A stretch of DNA of 64,000 bases from Candidatus Heimdallarchaeota archaeon (GTDB lineage: Archaea > Asgardarchaeota > Heimdallarchaeia > JABLTI01), in assembly GCA_030614005.1 (NCBI GenBank), contig JAUWKS010000002.1, positions 96,101-160,100 on the forward strand, read 5' to 3'. Positions 1 to 7,188 of the stretch are shown in pieces; positions within the stretch are counted from its first letter, which is position 1, and each line of letters opens with the position of its first letter. Below the pieces are notes generated by a model. The model was not told the origin of the DNA and did not search any database. It saw only the letters and a program-made list of their open reading frames with translations. The position numbers and the translations under genes were made by a program.

Positions 1-652
1 GGTTGCAAGATTTCATTTCTCCACGCATTTCTCTCATTTTATCAACGGAACAGGTGCACGTGTATGCATAATTCTTTTCAATAAGTTCAACTGCTTTTTC
101 GTAAAAAATCGGCATGTCATTTGAAACAATTACTTCTTTAGTTGGATCTAACCCCAACCATTGCAAATCTTCTCGATGAGCATCCATGTATTCTACTCGC
201 TCTTGTTTTGGATTTGTATCTTCAAATCGCAAAACAAATGTTCCATGATATTTCTTCGCATAGTAATCGGCAAAGAAAGCAGTATAAGCATGACCTAAAT
301 GCATCTCACCATTTGGTTCGGGGGCATAACGAGTTACTACTTTGCCATCTACTGCATCTTTTAATGGTGGTAACTCTCTTGATCTTTTTTGAGATTCCTT
401 TTTTGTAAGTAATTCCGGTGCAATTTTAGAAAGACGTTTTTGTTGCTCTTCAACTGAAAGAGCATTGATTGTTGGAATTATTTCTTCAACGAGATCTCTA
501 ATTTGTTTGGAAAGCTTTCTTAGTTCAACATGAGTAGCCATTATTTTTTGCATAACCGATTTCTCATTTGCAGAACCATCATGGTGAACAGCATTTTCCA
601 AACCATATTTAGTAATTAAATGTCGAGCAGTTTCAATATCCTTATTTGACAA
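1..652 (-). CDS. gltX: Glutamyl-tRNA synthetase, archaeal/eukaryotic type (partial; C-terminal part lies beyond window start)
   Basis: Minus-strand translation gives ...LENAVHHDGSANEKSVMQKIMATHVEL...PPLKDAVDGKVVTRYAPEPNGEMHLGHAYTAFFADYYAKKYHGTFVLRFEDTNP. This has the class I aaRS HIGH motif (HLGH) and the RFEDTNP signature typical of archaeal GluRS. The N-terminal helix resembles archaeal GluRS. The first in-frame ATG is at 553, and an in-frame TTG at 652 better matches homolog N-termini. The ORF runs off the window edge. Confidence 0.8.
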   Translation of the reverse strand, partial: MSNKDIETARHLITKYGLENAVHHDGSANEKSVMQKIMATHVELRKLSKQIRDLVEEIIPTINALSVEEQQKRLSKIAPELLTKKESQKRSRELPPLKDAVDGKVVTRYAPEPNGEMHLGHAYTAFFADYYAKKYHGTFVLRFEDTNPKQERVEYMDAHREDLQWLGLDPTKEVIVSNDMPIFYEKAVELIEKNYAYTCTCSVDKMREMRGEMKSCN

Positions 653-777
653 TGGAAGAACACCTAGGATGAATTTTTGTCTAATTATGAATCGTAAACT
701 TTGTGTAATCCTTTAAATATTTCCTCTCACTAGCTGTTTCTATCACCAAACAATTTCTATTTGTTTTTCTACTCTGC

Positions 778-1917
778 CTATGCTTCAAGCCTTCTCTTCT
801 TCGAGGTGGTTGCCCTCTCCGAGTTAGCATTATCATGATCAGCGAAGGAATGCATCTCAGCATCCATAGCAGTATCAAGCTCTTCTCTTTTACTTGCCGA
901 TAATGAGATATTTCCATTTTCCATTATTAATCTCCCATCATAATAATCATTTATAGCCAAATTGACCATAATTAAGAGATGGTTTCGTAAAGAATTTTTT
1001 CCATAACGCATTGACTCAACTATTCGGTTCAATTCTTTTGAGTGATAGATATGGGTATATAACTTCAAATGATTGTCTTGACTTTCTTCAAGTTCCTTTT
1101 TTAATTTTTGGAAATTAATTGAACCATTTTGTTTATCATAACGATAAGAAGTCATAGATGGTTTTTTTCGGGTGATAGAAGAAGCAAGTTTATCATAATG
1201 CTTCAAAATTGGTAAGAAAGGATTTGTGCTTTCTTCTCCGTTGTGGTGGTTCTTACAGGCTTCTTTAATCTCCTCATCCTCAATATCTATCCGTTGATAG
1301 ATTTTGCTTTGATGTTTCTCGGTATGAACGAAATCGTGAAGCATGAGAGCAATGAGTAATTGTTGTAATTCCTCGGGATAATCTGCTCGTATACCAGCTC
1401 GAATCTTGAGTTTTTTGTAGGGCCAAGTTTGCTTGCAAGCAGTACATCGTTTGAGTTTAGAAACCTTATCGTAGATAACCGTTGTGTTTTTACATTGTGG
1501 ACATTTCTCAGATAAAGGAACAGTTACAGTAGGAAACGTTTTTGTAAAATGCTTAATTTCACATGATTCCCAAATGACTCTACCATGCCCTTCAGCAGTC
1601 TTTGAACCCAAAAATGATTTCTGGAGAAATGGTTCTATTTTCCTCTTTAATTGTTCTTCTGAAAAACCCACGCAACTGATTTTAACAAATCCTCGGAATC
1701 CTCGTAAGACAGTAGGATACTGATTCTTACCATAGACCAATTTACCTACAGTTGTAAAGAGAGGTTTGTTTTCCTTCTTTGGATCTCCGACCACTTTTAC
1801 CAGACACCCATACTTCCAATATGTTGATTGTGAAACAATAACAGGATTGATTATTCGACCTACTAAGGTAATAATTTTTTTTTGTTTTAGTTGTAAGCTT
1901 TCCATTCGTCTAAACAC
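778..1917 (-). CDS. RAMP-like/Zn-finger/HD-like fusion protein (small Cas5/Cas6-like RAMP with G-rich loop, CxxC..CxxC, helical domain with HD-like motifs), copy 1
   Basis: The N-terminal ~120 aa ends in a glycine-rich loop (LGSKTAEGHGRVIW) typical of RAMP proteins. This is followed by CPQCKN...CTACKQ, then LMLHDFVHTEKH...NHH...NHLL...NDYYDG, which resembles the permuted HD arrangement of Cas10-type HD domains. Paralogs are at 25734-26738 and 59365-60504. The gene overlaps the downstream end of the Cas7-like gene by 31 nt, consistent with an operon. Confidence 0.45.
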   Translation of the reverse strand: MFRRMESLQLKQKKIITLVGRIINPVIVSQSTYWKYGCLVKVVGDPKKENKPLFTTVGKLVYGKNQYPTVLRGFRGFVKISCVGFSEEQLKRKIEPFLQKSFLGSKTAEGHGRVIWESCEIKHFTKTFPTVTVPLSEKCPQCKNTTVIYDKVSKLKRCTACKQTWPYKKLKIRAGIRADYPEELQQLLIALMLHDFVHTEKHQSKIYQRIDIEDEEIKEACKNHHNGEESTNPFLPILKHYDKLASSITRKKPSMTSYRYDKQNGSINFQKLKKELEESQDNHLKLYTHIYHSKELNRIVESMRYGKNSLRNHLLIMVNLAINDYYDGRLIMENGNISLSASKREELDTAMDAEMHSFADHDNANSERATTSKKRRLEA

Positions 1918-2819
1918 TCCTGTAAGAGATGATTTTGATTCTCAATTTGTTCAACTTCGAGGATAGCGATTTTTCCGTTAATCTCTGTACCTAACTTTCG
2001 TTCTTGGAAAATGCGCTCAAAAGTTATGTCTTTTATTTCTAATCGACCATAACCACTATTTTCTCCTTTGCCTAAATGAGTGATACCAAAAATTCCCTTA
2101 ACTAATAATCCAAGCAACCACTCAGGTAATTCTTTGGTAAATTCTACATAAAATTGAAATTCACCAGAGAAATATTGTTCAGAGAAATCTTGTAATGATT
2201 TGCCGTCTCGTCTTGCAGAGTGACGATTCTCAGTAGAAACATGAACAAAAGAAAGTCCTTTTTGAGCAGTAATTTTGTTTAGTGATTTATCAGTTTGGAT
2301 AAGCACATCACTCCACACTTTGATTAAAGATTTTTCTCCGAGCATACCAAAGAGTCGTCGAATAGCACAGGGACTTTCTCCACACTTTCCCATAAGGTGT
2401 TCATTTTCAAGAAGTGTAGGCTCTCCAGTCCCTTTGAATTGTTCTTTCATAGTTGGAGAACAATAACTTATTCCTTTTCCATGTAGAATATTCATGATAC
2501 TATGTCTAAGAGCTCCTCGTATACCTTTCACTGCTCGAGAGTTTCCATACTCCTCTTTTAGAATTGATACTTGTATTTTCGCATCTTTCTTCTTCTCAGA
2601 AGCTTTGGCTCTTAGCTCTTCTAAATCATCAAGAACTATATCTTTGTTTAGAATGAGAAATTCTTCCAAGTCAGACACTTTAACGTTTGTCTTTCCTTGA
2701 AATTGGTAAGGTATCTCTCCACCCTTCATAAGAAATGAACTTGATCCACTACTACCGTTTAGTGTTTTTGTAAAGTATGCATAGACTCTTATTGTTAACC
2801 GATTAAATGTTTGTGTCAT
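1887..2819 (-). CDS. Cas7-like RAMP protein (Csm3/Cmr4-like), copy 1; the ORF could start at 2873 but the paralog alignment favours the Met at 2819
   Basis: Contains the RAMP hallmark AVKGIRGALRHS (cf. Cas7 GSS-[IL]-KG-x-LR-[ST]). A Cys pair followed by LFG (GKCGESPCAIRRLFG) resembles Csm3/Cmr4. A C-terminal glycine-rich loop (GKGENSGYGRLEI) is present. Paralogs are at 26729-27508 and 60474-61418. Confidence 0.55.
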   Translation of the reverse strand: MTQTFNRLTIRVYAYFTKTLNGSSGSSSFLMKGGEIPYQFQGKTNVKVSDLEEFLILNKDIVLDDLEELRAKASEKKKDAKIQVSILKEEYGNSRAVKGIRGALRHSIMNILHGKGISYCSPTMKEQFKGTGEPTLLENEHLMGKCGESPCAIRRLFGMLGEKSLIKVWSDVLIQTDKSLNKITAQKGLSFVHVSTENRHSARRDGKSLQDFSEQYFSGEFQFYVEFTKELPEWLLGLLVKGIFGITHLGKGENSGYGRLEIKDITFERIFQERKLGTEINGKIAILEVEQIENQNHLLQECLDEWKAYN

Positions 2820-2911
2820 GATAACTAACCAATTAACCATATAGTCAACCATATATTTAAGCATTTTGTACATAAGAAAATTAAAGAATAATCAAAGATA
2901 CAGTTAATTAG
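2820..2911. promoter_or_regulatory. Divergent promoter region between Cas7-like gene and AbrB-like gene (cassette 1)
   Basis: A ~90 nt AT-rich spacer between divergently oriented genes, with TATA-like runs. The same ~100 nt arrangement occurs in the other two cassettes. No specific boxes could be assigned. Confidence 0.25.
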
Positions 2912-3100
2912 ATGGTACAAATGGGTGAAGCAAAGAAACCGACTATAAAATTCAAACGAAAAATCGTTGGAAATACGGGTGTAACAAGAATAACAATACC
3001 TAAAGAAATTACAAACGCATTAGACATTCACTTAGGAGAATATTGGGAAGTTTATGCTGAGGATAATGATACGATAATAGTGAAAAGAATCAAAGAATGA
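2912..3100 (+). CDS. AbrB/SpoVT-family (swapped-hairpin) DNA-binding protein, cassette-associated regulator/antitoxin-like
   Basis: 62 aa; KRKIVGNTGVTRITIPKEITNALDIHLGEYWEV fits the AbrB/MazE looped-hinge-helix pattern (..G.s..itIPKeire.lgi..Gd.v). Four paralogs lie in the window, three of them divergent from Cas7-like genes. Confidence 0.65.
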   Translation: MVQMGEAKKPTIKFKRKIVGNTGVTRITIPKEITNALDIHLGEYWEVYAEDNDTIIVKRIKE

Positions 3101-3122
3101 TAATGTTAGGTTCTCAATAGTA

Positions 3123-3197
3123 TCCCATGTGGAGCGTCGTGAATCACTGTAAGTGATGAACAGCGACTGCATGAGTCTGCTCCGAGCAAGAGCATTG
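3123..3197. ncRNA. Candidate structured non-coding element at the 3' edge of duplication unit A
   Basis: 75 nt, GC-richer than its surroundings, and able to form nested hairpins (tggagc...gctcca; atcact-gta-agtgat; gcgtcg/cgactgc). The flanks are 100% identical to the copy at 61722-61796. The central hairpin carries 6 substitutions, including one compensatory pair. Confidence 0.3.
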
Positions 3198-3244
3198 GTT
3201 TTCTTCTTTGTAAATATCAGAATTAAAAAAAATCTTTGTTGGCC

Positions 3245-3538
3245 TTAATCTTTCCCAGCGGTTCCGATAATAGTACCACAATTTGGACAATAAATAAGGA
3301 TAGCCTTAGACATCCCTCGTTTTATTGTATCTCGAAGCATATTATGTAATACCGCTGTTTTGAAACCCTCTTTTTCTATCTCAGCAATTTTTTTCAGATG
3401 TTCTCCAATAGAATTCTTTCCATTAAAATCAGTTTTTTCAAGAGCTTGCCTAAGAGTTGATTCATCTGCTACACCTTGATAAGCAAAAATAGTGTTCCCA
3501 CATTCCGGACATTTTGGATCTTTCATAATTCTCACCAA
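3245..3538 (-). CDS. Small zinc-ribbon protein (CPECG...CPNCG), hypothetical
   Basis: 97-aa ORF with two CxxC pairs, one at each end. Confidence 0.45.
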   Translation of the reverse strand: MVRIMKDPKCPECGNTIFAYQGVADESTLRQALEKTDFNGKNSIGEHLKKIAEIEKEGFKTAVLHNMLRDTIKRGMSKAILIYCPNCGTIIGTAGKD

Positions 3539-3593
3539 TTTAAATTATAAGGAATAATTAGATTAATTCTCTCTAAAACATTTTCCTTTCCAT

Positions 3594-3833
3594 CTATGGT
3601 ATTAATCCAATGCCCCAACCAATAAAACCGCCTATAACTGACATGATTGCTCCAACAATTATTTGCTTAACAACAGGCTTTTGTCTCACCCACCAATTAA
3701 ATTTGTGAGGAGATGTTACCGCATCTACTCTCTCTTGTACCAGGTCTTTTTTAACTTCATTTAACACATGCTCATCAACTTTAACACTAATGTCTGTAAT
3801 ATTGAGGTTCCTTAAGGCAATGATTGATGCCAT
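3594..3833 (-). CDS. Small membrane protein, hypothetical
   Basis: 79-aa ORF with a C-terminal hydrophobic segment (VVKQIIVGAIMSVIGGFIGWGIGLIP). It lies 5 nt from the next gene on the same strand. Confidence 0.35.
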   Translation of the reverse strand: MASIIALRNLNITDISVKVDEHVLNEVKKDLVQERVDAVTSPHKFNWWVRQKPVVKQIIVGAIMSVIGGFIGWGIGLIP

Positions 3834-3838
3834 TGTAA

Positions 3839-4495
3839 CTAATTGCTGTCTTCTCTAATACTAATATCCCTCAAACATTTAACAGCCATTTCTCCACCTA
3901 TTTGTCCTAAAGCAAAAGTTGCCCAAGCACGTACACGAATATTATTATCATAAACAGCCAGTATTTCAATACGTTTTACAGCTTTTTGTGCAGTTAGATC
4001 TCCTAATGTCCATATAGCTTCTTTTCGTTTTTTCACCCTTAAAGAATCAAGTTGCGAAATTGATTTATCTATACGCTCTTCTTTCTTAATTATTGGTAGT
4101 AGGTTAACATTAAAGAAATTTTGAAAATCATCATATCCTAATTTGTTACTTAAACTATCCAAAGAAATTATAACCATATCTTGAATAGCTTTGTCCGGAT
4201 CATCATCTTTCATTTCAAAAAGTTTGATGAAAAAAGATGTTTGATTTTTCACATCGAGATTGGTGCTTGCCAACACTGTTAAGGCAGTTTTTCGAATATT
4301 TGAATCCTCATTATCTAATCGGTTCAATAATTGATGTATTACCTCATCTTTTTCTTTTTCAGTTAGAGCTTCATTTTTTAATTTCTCGCCCAACATATAT
4401 GTCCCAGAATCTAAACTTGCAAATTCTCCTGCGGCTAAAAGTAATAAAAATCCAAGTCCAACTATTAAAATCGTTTCAAGCACCATAAAATACAC
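3839..4495 (-). CDS. HEAT/PBS-lyase-like repeat protein with N-terminal transmembrane anchor
   Basis: 218 aa with an N-terminal TM helix. Repeats of the HEAT type are present (NIRVRAWATFALGQIG; NIRKTALTVLASTNLD). Confidence 0.55.
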   Translation of the reverse strand: MYFMVLETILIVGLGFLLLLAAGEFASLDSGTYMLGEKLKNEALTEKEKDEVIHQLLNRLDNEDSNIRKTALTVLASTNLDVKNQTSFFIKLFEMKDDDPDKAIQDMVIISLDSLSNKLGYDDFQNFFNVNLLPIIKKEERIDKSISQLDSLRVKKRKEAIWTLGDLTAQKAVKRIEILAVYDNNIRVRAWATFALGQIGGEMAVKCLRDISIREDSN

Positions 4496-4762
4496 CTATT
4501 TCCATTTTAAATTTTAAATTAATAAAACCTAAAAATGTTTCCTTGAAGAGAATTAAACAAATATTAATCATTTTCTCTTTCTTCTTTTGTTTCTTACAGA
4601 AGAATTAGGAGGCACAAAAATTCTTTGTAAAAGTGATTAAATGACAGAATCACCTGAAGAATTCATGACAAAGAAAAAAACAAAGACGAAAAAATTATAG
4701 GGAACTTTAGAATTTATGCTGTCTTTTTATCTTAACCTTCTAACTCTTTAGTGTGATATTTT

Positions 4763-4981
4763 ATGAAAAAAAGATCTACTTTTCCACCCACAACCATACA
4801 AAGGATCATAAAAGAGATAACGGGTATGATGGTCTCACAAGAACTGGCAGAATACGAAGCAGAAGTACTACTGAGAATTCTAACAAAAAGAACACTAAAA
4901 CTATACGCAGAACAACACAAAAAGAAAATATTGAAAAAAAAGATGGCTCAATTACTCGACCAATTTGAACCACCATATTAA
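4763..4981 (+). CDS. Histone-fold protein (archaeal/eukaryote-like histone or NC2/NF-Y-like)
   Basis: 72 aa; TTIQRIIKEITGMMVSQELAEYEAEVLLRILTKRTLKLYAEQHKK follows the helix-loop-helix-loop-helix histone-fold pattern of archaeal histones (I.RIiK.....vS.dA...L...Le.....i...A...A.HA.RKT). Called on sequence pattern only. Confidence 0.4.
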   Translation: MKKRSTFPPTTIQRIIKEITGMMVSQELAEYEAEVLLRILTKRTLKLYAEQHKKKILKKKMAQLLDQFEPPY

Positions 4982-5001
4982 ATCATTTTTTGTTTATCTA
5001 T

Positions 5002-5949
5002 TCACGTTGTCCGGTGATGATAGAAACCCATCTGTTCGCGAAGATCAGAAAGGGCAGTGAAATGAACGACTTGGCTAAGATTGAGAGATAGCTCGGGATG
5101 GGAAGGATCAGCCTTAGCACGAAGATTATATGCTTGAATGGCATGAAGAGCCTTGTCACGGTCACGCTTAAAGGGAACAAGGACAACATAACGACCGCGA
5201 CCACGCAACTCTTTTTCAGCGGTCAAGAGACGTTTGAGAAAATCGCTCTCATTATACGCTTTACTGCCGGTGTGAACCTCAAACCACCAAAGAGTGCTAC
5301 CACCGGTATGATCAACGCGAAGGCAATTATCAACAACAAAATCACCACTGCCGTCCCAATGGGGAAAACGCCAAAGATTATCAGAAGCATGAAAGAGACT
5401 GCCCTCAAGACCGGCGCGAAGAACACGAAAAGAGAGCTCGGCAAAAGCGTCGTGAGGGGGAAACCGCGCACGAAAATTGCGGGGAAGAAGGGGATAATGC
5501 TCACGAGGATAACCAAACCAATAGGCAAAACGAACACCAGTACAAGGCATGGGATAGGCACGAACAAGACCTAAGCGAAAGAGACGAAGAGAACCACCCA
5601 AACCAGAAAAATACTCTCTATCAGCATAGCACTCGCCAGTGGTCAAATGAATGCGAAGACTATCATCACAATAACGATCAAGAAAAGAGCCAAAAAATTT
5701 CCTGAGAAGAAAGAGAAAATCATTAATCGAGAAAAGGGGCTGAGGAGAACCAAAAGGATTGGGAGTAAGAGATTTCAAGAAACGGCGCTCGGACTTTTCT
5801 AAAAGATGGAAGGGAAGATTATCAAAATTAAGAGTGGAATGAGAAGGCCAACCGGAAGGAAGAACAGGGGGAAGAGAAGATTTGACACGCTTGACCAAGG
5901 AAAACAACAACAATAAAAAATGAAAAAGAAAATATAAAAAGACCAACAA
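5002..5949 (-). CDS. Hypothetical protein inside a GC-rich compositional island; only the C-terminal ~180 aa look globular
   Basis: Long ORF in a region whose GC content and purine skew differ sharply from flanking DNA. The C-terminal part has diverse composition (…VVDNCLRVDHTGGSTLWWFEVHTGSKAYNESDFLKRLL…). The N-terminal ~100 aa are low-complexity, so the true start may be the internal Met (MPCTGVRF). Function unknown. Confidence 0.3.
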   Translation of the reverse strand: MLVFLYFLFHFLLLLFSLVKRVKSSLPPVLPSGWPSHSTLNFDNLPFHLLEKSERRFLKSLTPNPFGSPQPLFSINDFLFLLRKFFGSFLDRYCDDSLRIHLTTGECYADREYFSGLGGSLRLFRLGLVRAYPMPCTGVRFAYWFGYPREHYPLLPRNFRARFPPHDAFAELSFRVLRAGLEGSLFHASDNLWRFPHWDGSGDFVVDNCLRVDHTGGSTLWWFEVHTGSKAYNESDFLKRLLTAEKELRGRGRYVVLVPFKRDRDKALHAIQAYNLRAKADPSHPELSLNLSQVVHFTALSDLREQMGFYHHRTT

Positions 5950-6102
5950 GTAGCTAAGAAAAAAAGACTCTAAGAAAAGAACTTCTTAGGGACATAGGAA
6001 CAGAAAGAAAAGGAAGGGAAAAAGACTGAAAAAAGGGTAAAAAAGAAGCTAAGAGAGAAGGAAAAAACTTAAAGGAAGGAATTAAGGAAAGGAAGAGATA
6101 AT

Positions 6103-7185
6103 ATGAAAGTTCTTTACGGCATCAATACAAATGGACAAGGACATATTAATCGATCAAGAGTCTTTGTTAATGAGTTAATGAATGATGGCCATGAAGTACA
6201 AGTTCTTTTTTCAGGCAAGAAACCTCCGAAATATGCATATGAAATTGCTCCTGTAGCTTTTTATCGCCTTGGTCCGATTGATATATATAAAGATAATAAG
6301 GTGGATGTCTATAAATCATTACAAGTAAATTTAGGGTCAATGGGTAAACTAACTAGAAATAGAAAAGACCTCTTAGAAATTGCCAATTCTGAGGAATATG
6401 ATGTAATCTTTACCGATTTTGAACCAACATCTTCAGTTGTAGGTAGAATTCTAAAAAAACCGGTTATCTGTATTGACCATCAACAATCAATTTTTCATCC
6501 AGCAAACGAAGAAGCTCCTGCAAAACCTATTATAAAATCATGGATGAAATTTGCTATACGAATAATGATACCATATTATTCCCATTGTTTTTCAATTGAT
6601 TTTGTCAATGAAATTAAAGTGGTTGATAATCATAGTCTTTATCCTTTAATCTGGAAATCCGAATTCAATGATCTTAAAATTACTTGCGAAAATCACTATC
6701 TAGTATATCTTGCAAGATATGACAAAGATGAGGTAATTAGAGTTTTATTAGCATTTCCAGATGAAATATTTTATGTTTACGGATTTAATACTGATGAAAA
6801 ACACAATAATATTATCTTCAAGAAAACATCTCGAGATGGGTTTCTTCAAGATCTGGTTTCATGTAAAGGTGTAATTAGTAATGCAGGATTTAACTTGGCG
6901 TGGGAAGCATGTATTGCAAAGAAAAACATTTGGATAATACCACATTCTAATAATTTTGAGCAGCTATCTAATGCTTTTAGATTGAAGAAACTTCAGAGAG
7001 CTTTTGTAACTGAATCATTGACAAAAAATGAGATGAGATATTTCTTAACTAAATCCAAGGAAAAGGATTTCAAACCTACTGTTGAAATACAGATACTCCA
7101 ACCGTCTATTCTAATGAAAGAAGTGTATAAGTTTCTGAATAACTATGAAGAACCAAAGAAAAAAAGTAGAAAAGGAAAGAATTGA
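6103..7185 (+). CDS. GT-B fold glycosyltransferase (MurG/MGT-like family)
   Basis: 360 aa. An N-terminal G-x-G-H-x-x-R motif (NTNGQGHINRSRVF) is present. The C-terminal half (VISNAGFNLAWEACIAKKNIWIIPHSNNFEQLSNA) resembles the UDP-sugar-binding domain of MurG-like transferases. Confidence 0.5.
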   Translation: MKVLYGINTNGQGHINRSRVFVNELMNDGHEVQVLFSGKKPPKYAYEIAPVAFYRLGPIDIYKDNKVDVYKSLQVNLGSMGKLTRNRKDLLEIANSEEYDVIFTDFEPTSSVVGRILKKPVICIDHQQSIFHPANEEAPAKPIIKSWMKFAIRIMIPYYSHCFSIDFVNEIKVVDNHSLYPLIWKSEFNDLKITCENHYLVYLARYDKDEVIRVLLAFPDEIFYVYGFNTDEKHNNIIFKKTSRDGFLQDLVSCKGVISNAGFNLAWEACIAKKNIWIIPHSNNFEQLSNAFRLKKLQRAFVTESLTKNEMRYFLTKSKEKDFKPTVEIQILQPSILMKEVYKFLNNYEEPKKKSRKGKN

Positions 7186-7188
7186 GAA

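Larger units (their letters stand above)
740..3197. repeat. ~2.46 kb direct duplication unit, copy A (RAMP cassette + AbrB gene + conserved 3' non-coding element); partner at 59324-61796
   Basis: Nucleotide similarity to 59324-61796 starts at 'ctatcaccaaa' and ends at '...gctccgagcaag(ag/ga)cattg'. Encoded proteins are collinear (379/379 aa, 328/314 aa, 62/56 aa). Sampled stretches are ~85-90% identical by eye. Confidence 0.7.

Noticed and set aside
142-408. Plus-strand 88-aa ORF
   Set aside because: It lies antisense within the clearly recognisable GluRS gene and its translation is low-complexity, so it is spurious.
681-917. Small ORFs 681-917 and 59316-59504, conserved between the two duplicated units
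   Set aside because: Their conservation is explained by the nucleotide identity of the duplicated units. Both overlap the 3' ends of the RAMP-HD genes out of frame and have arginine/proline-rich junk-like sequence.
3123-3197. Box C/D sRNA interpretation of the conserved element
   Set aside because: Copy A contains a UGAUGA (box C-like) sequence, but copy B has lost it (GGGAUAA) and neither copy has a properly placed CUGA D box. A generic structured-RNA or protein-binding element is more defensible.
5098-5574. Plus-strand 158-aa K/T/G-rich ORF in the GC-rich island
   Set aside because: The translation is repetitive and low-complexity (…KTPKIIRSMKETALKTGAKNTKRELGK…). It is probably an artefact of the purine-rich strand, and the minus-strand ORF has a more protein-like C-terminal half.
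5000-6100. PhiX174 or other spike-in contamination as the source of the GC-rich segment
   Set aside because: The translated sequence does not resemble phiX174 proteins recalled from memory. The segment is strongly purine-skewed, unlike phiX.
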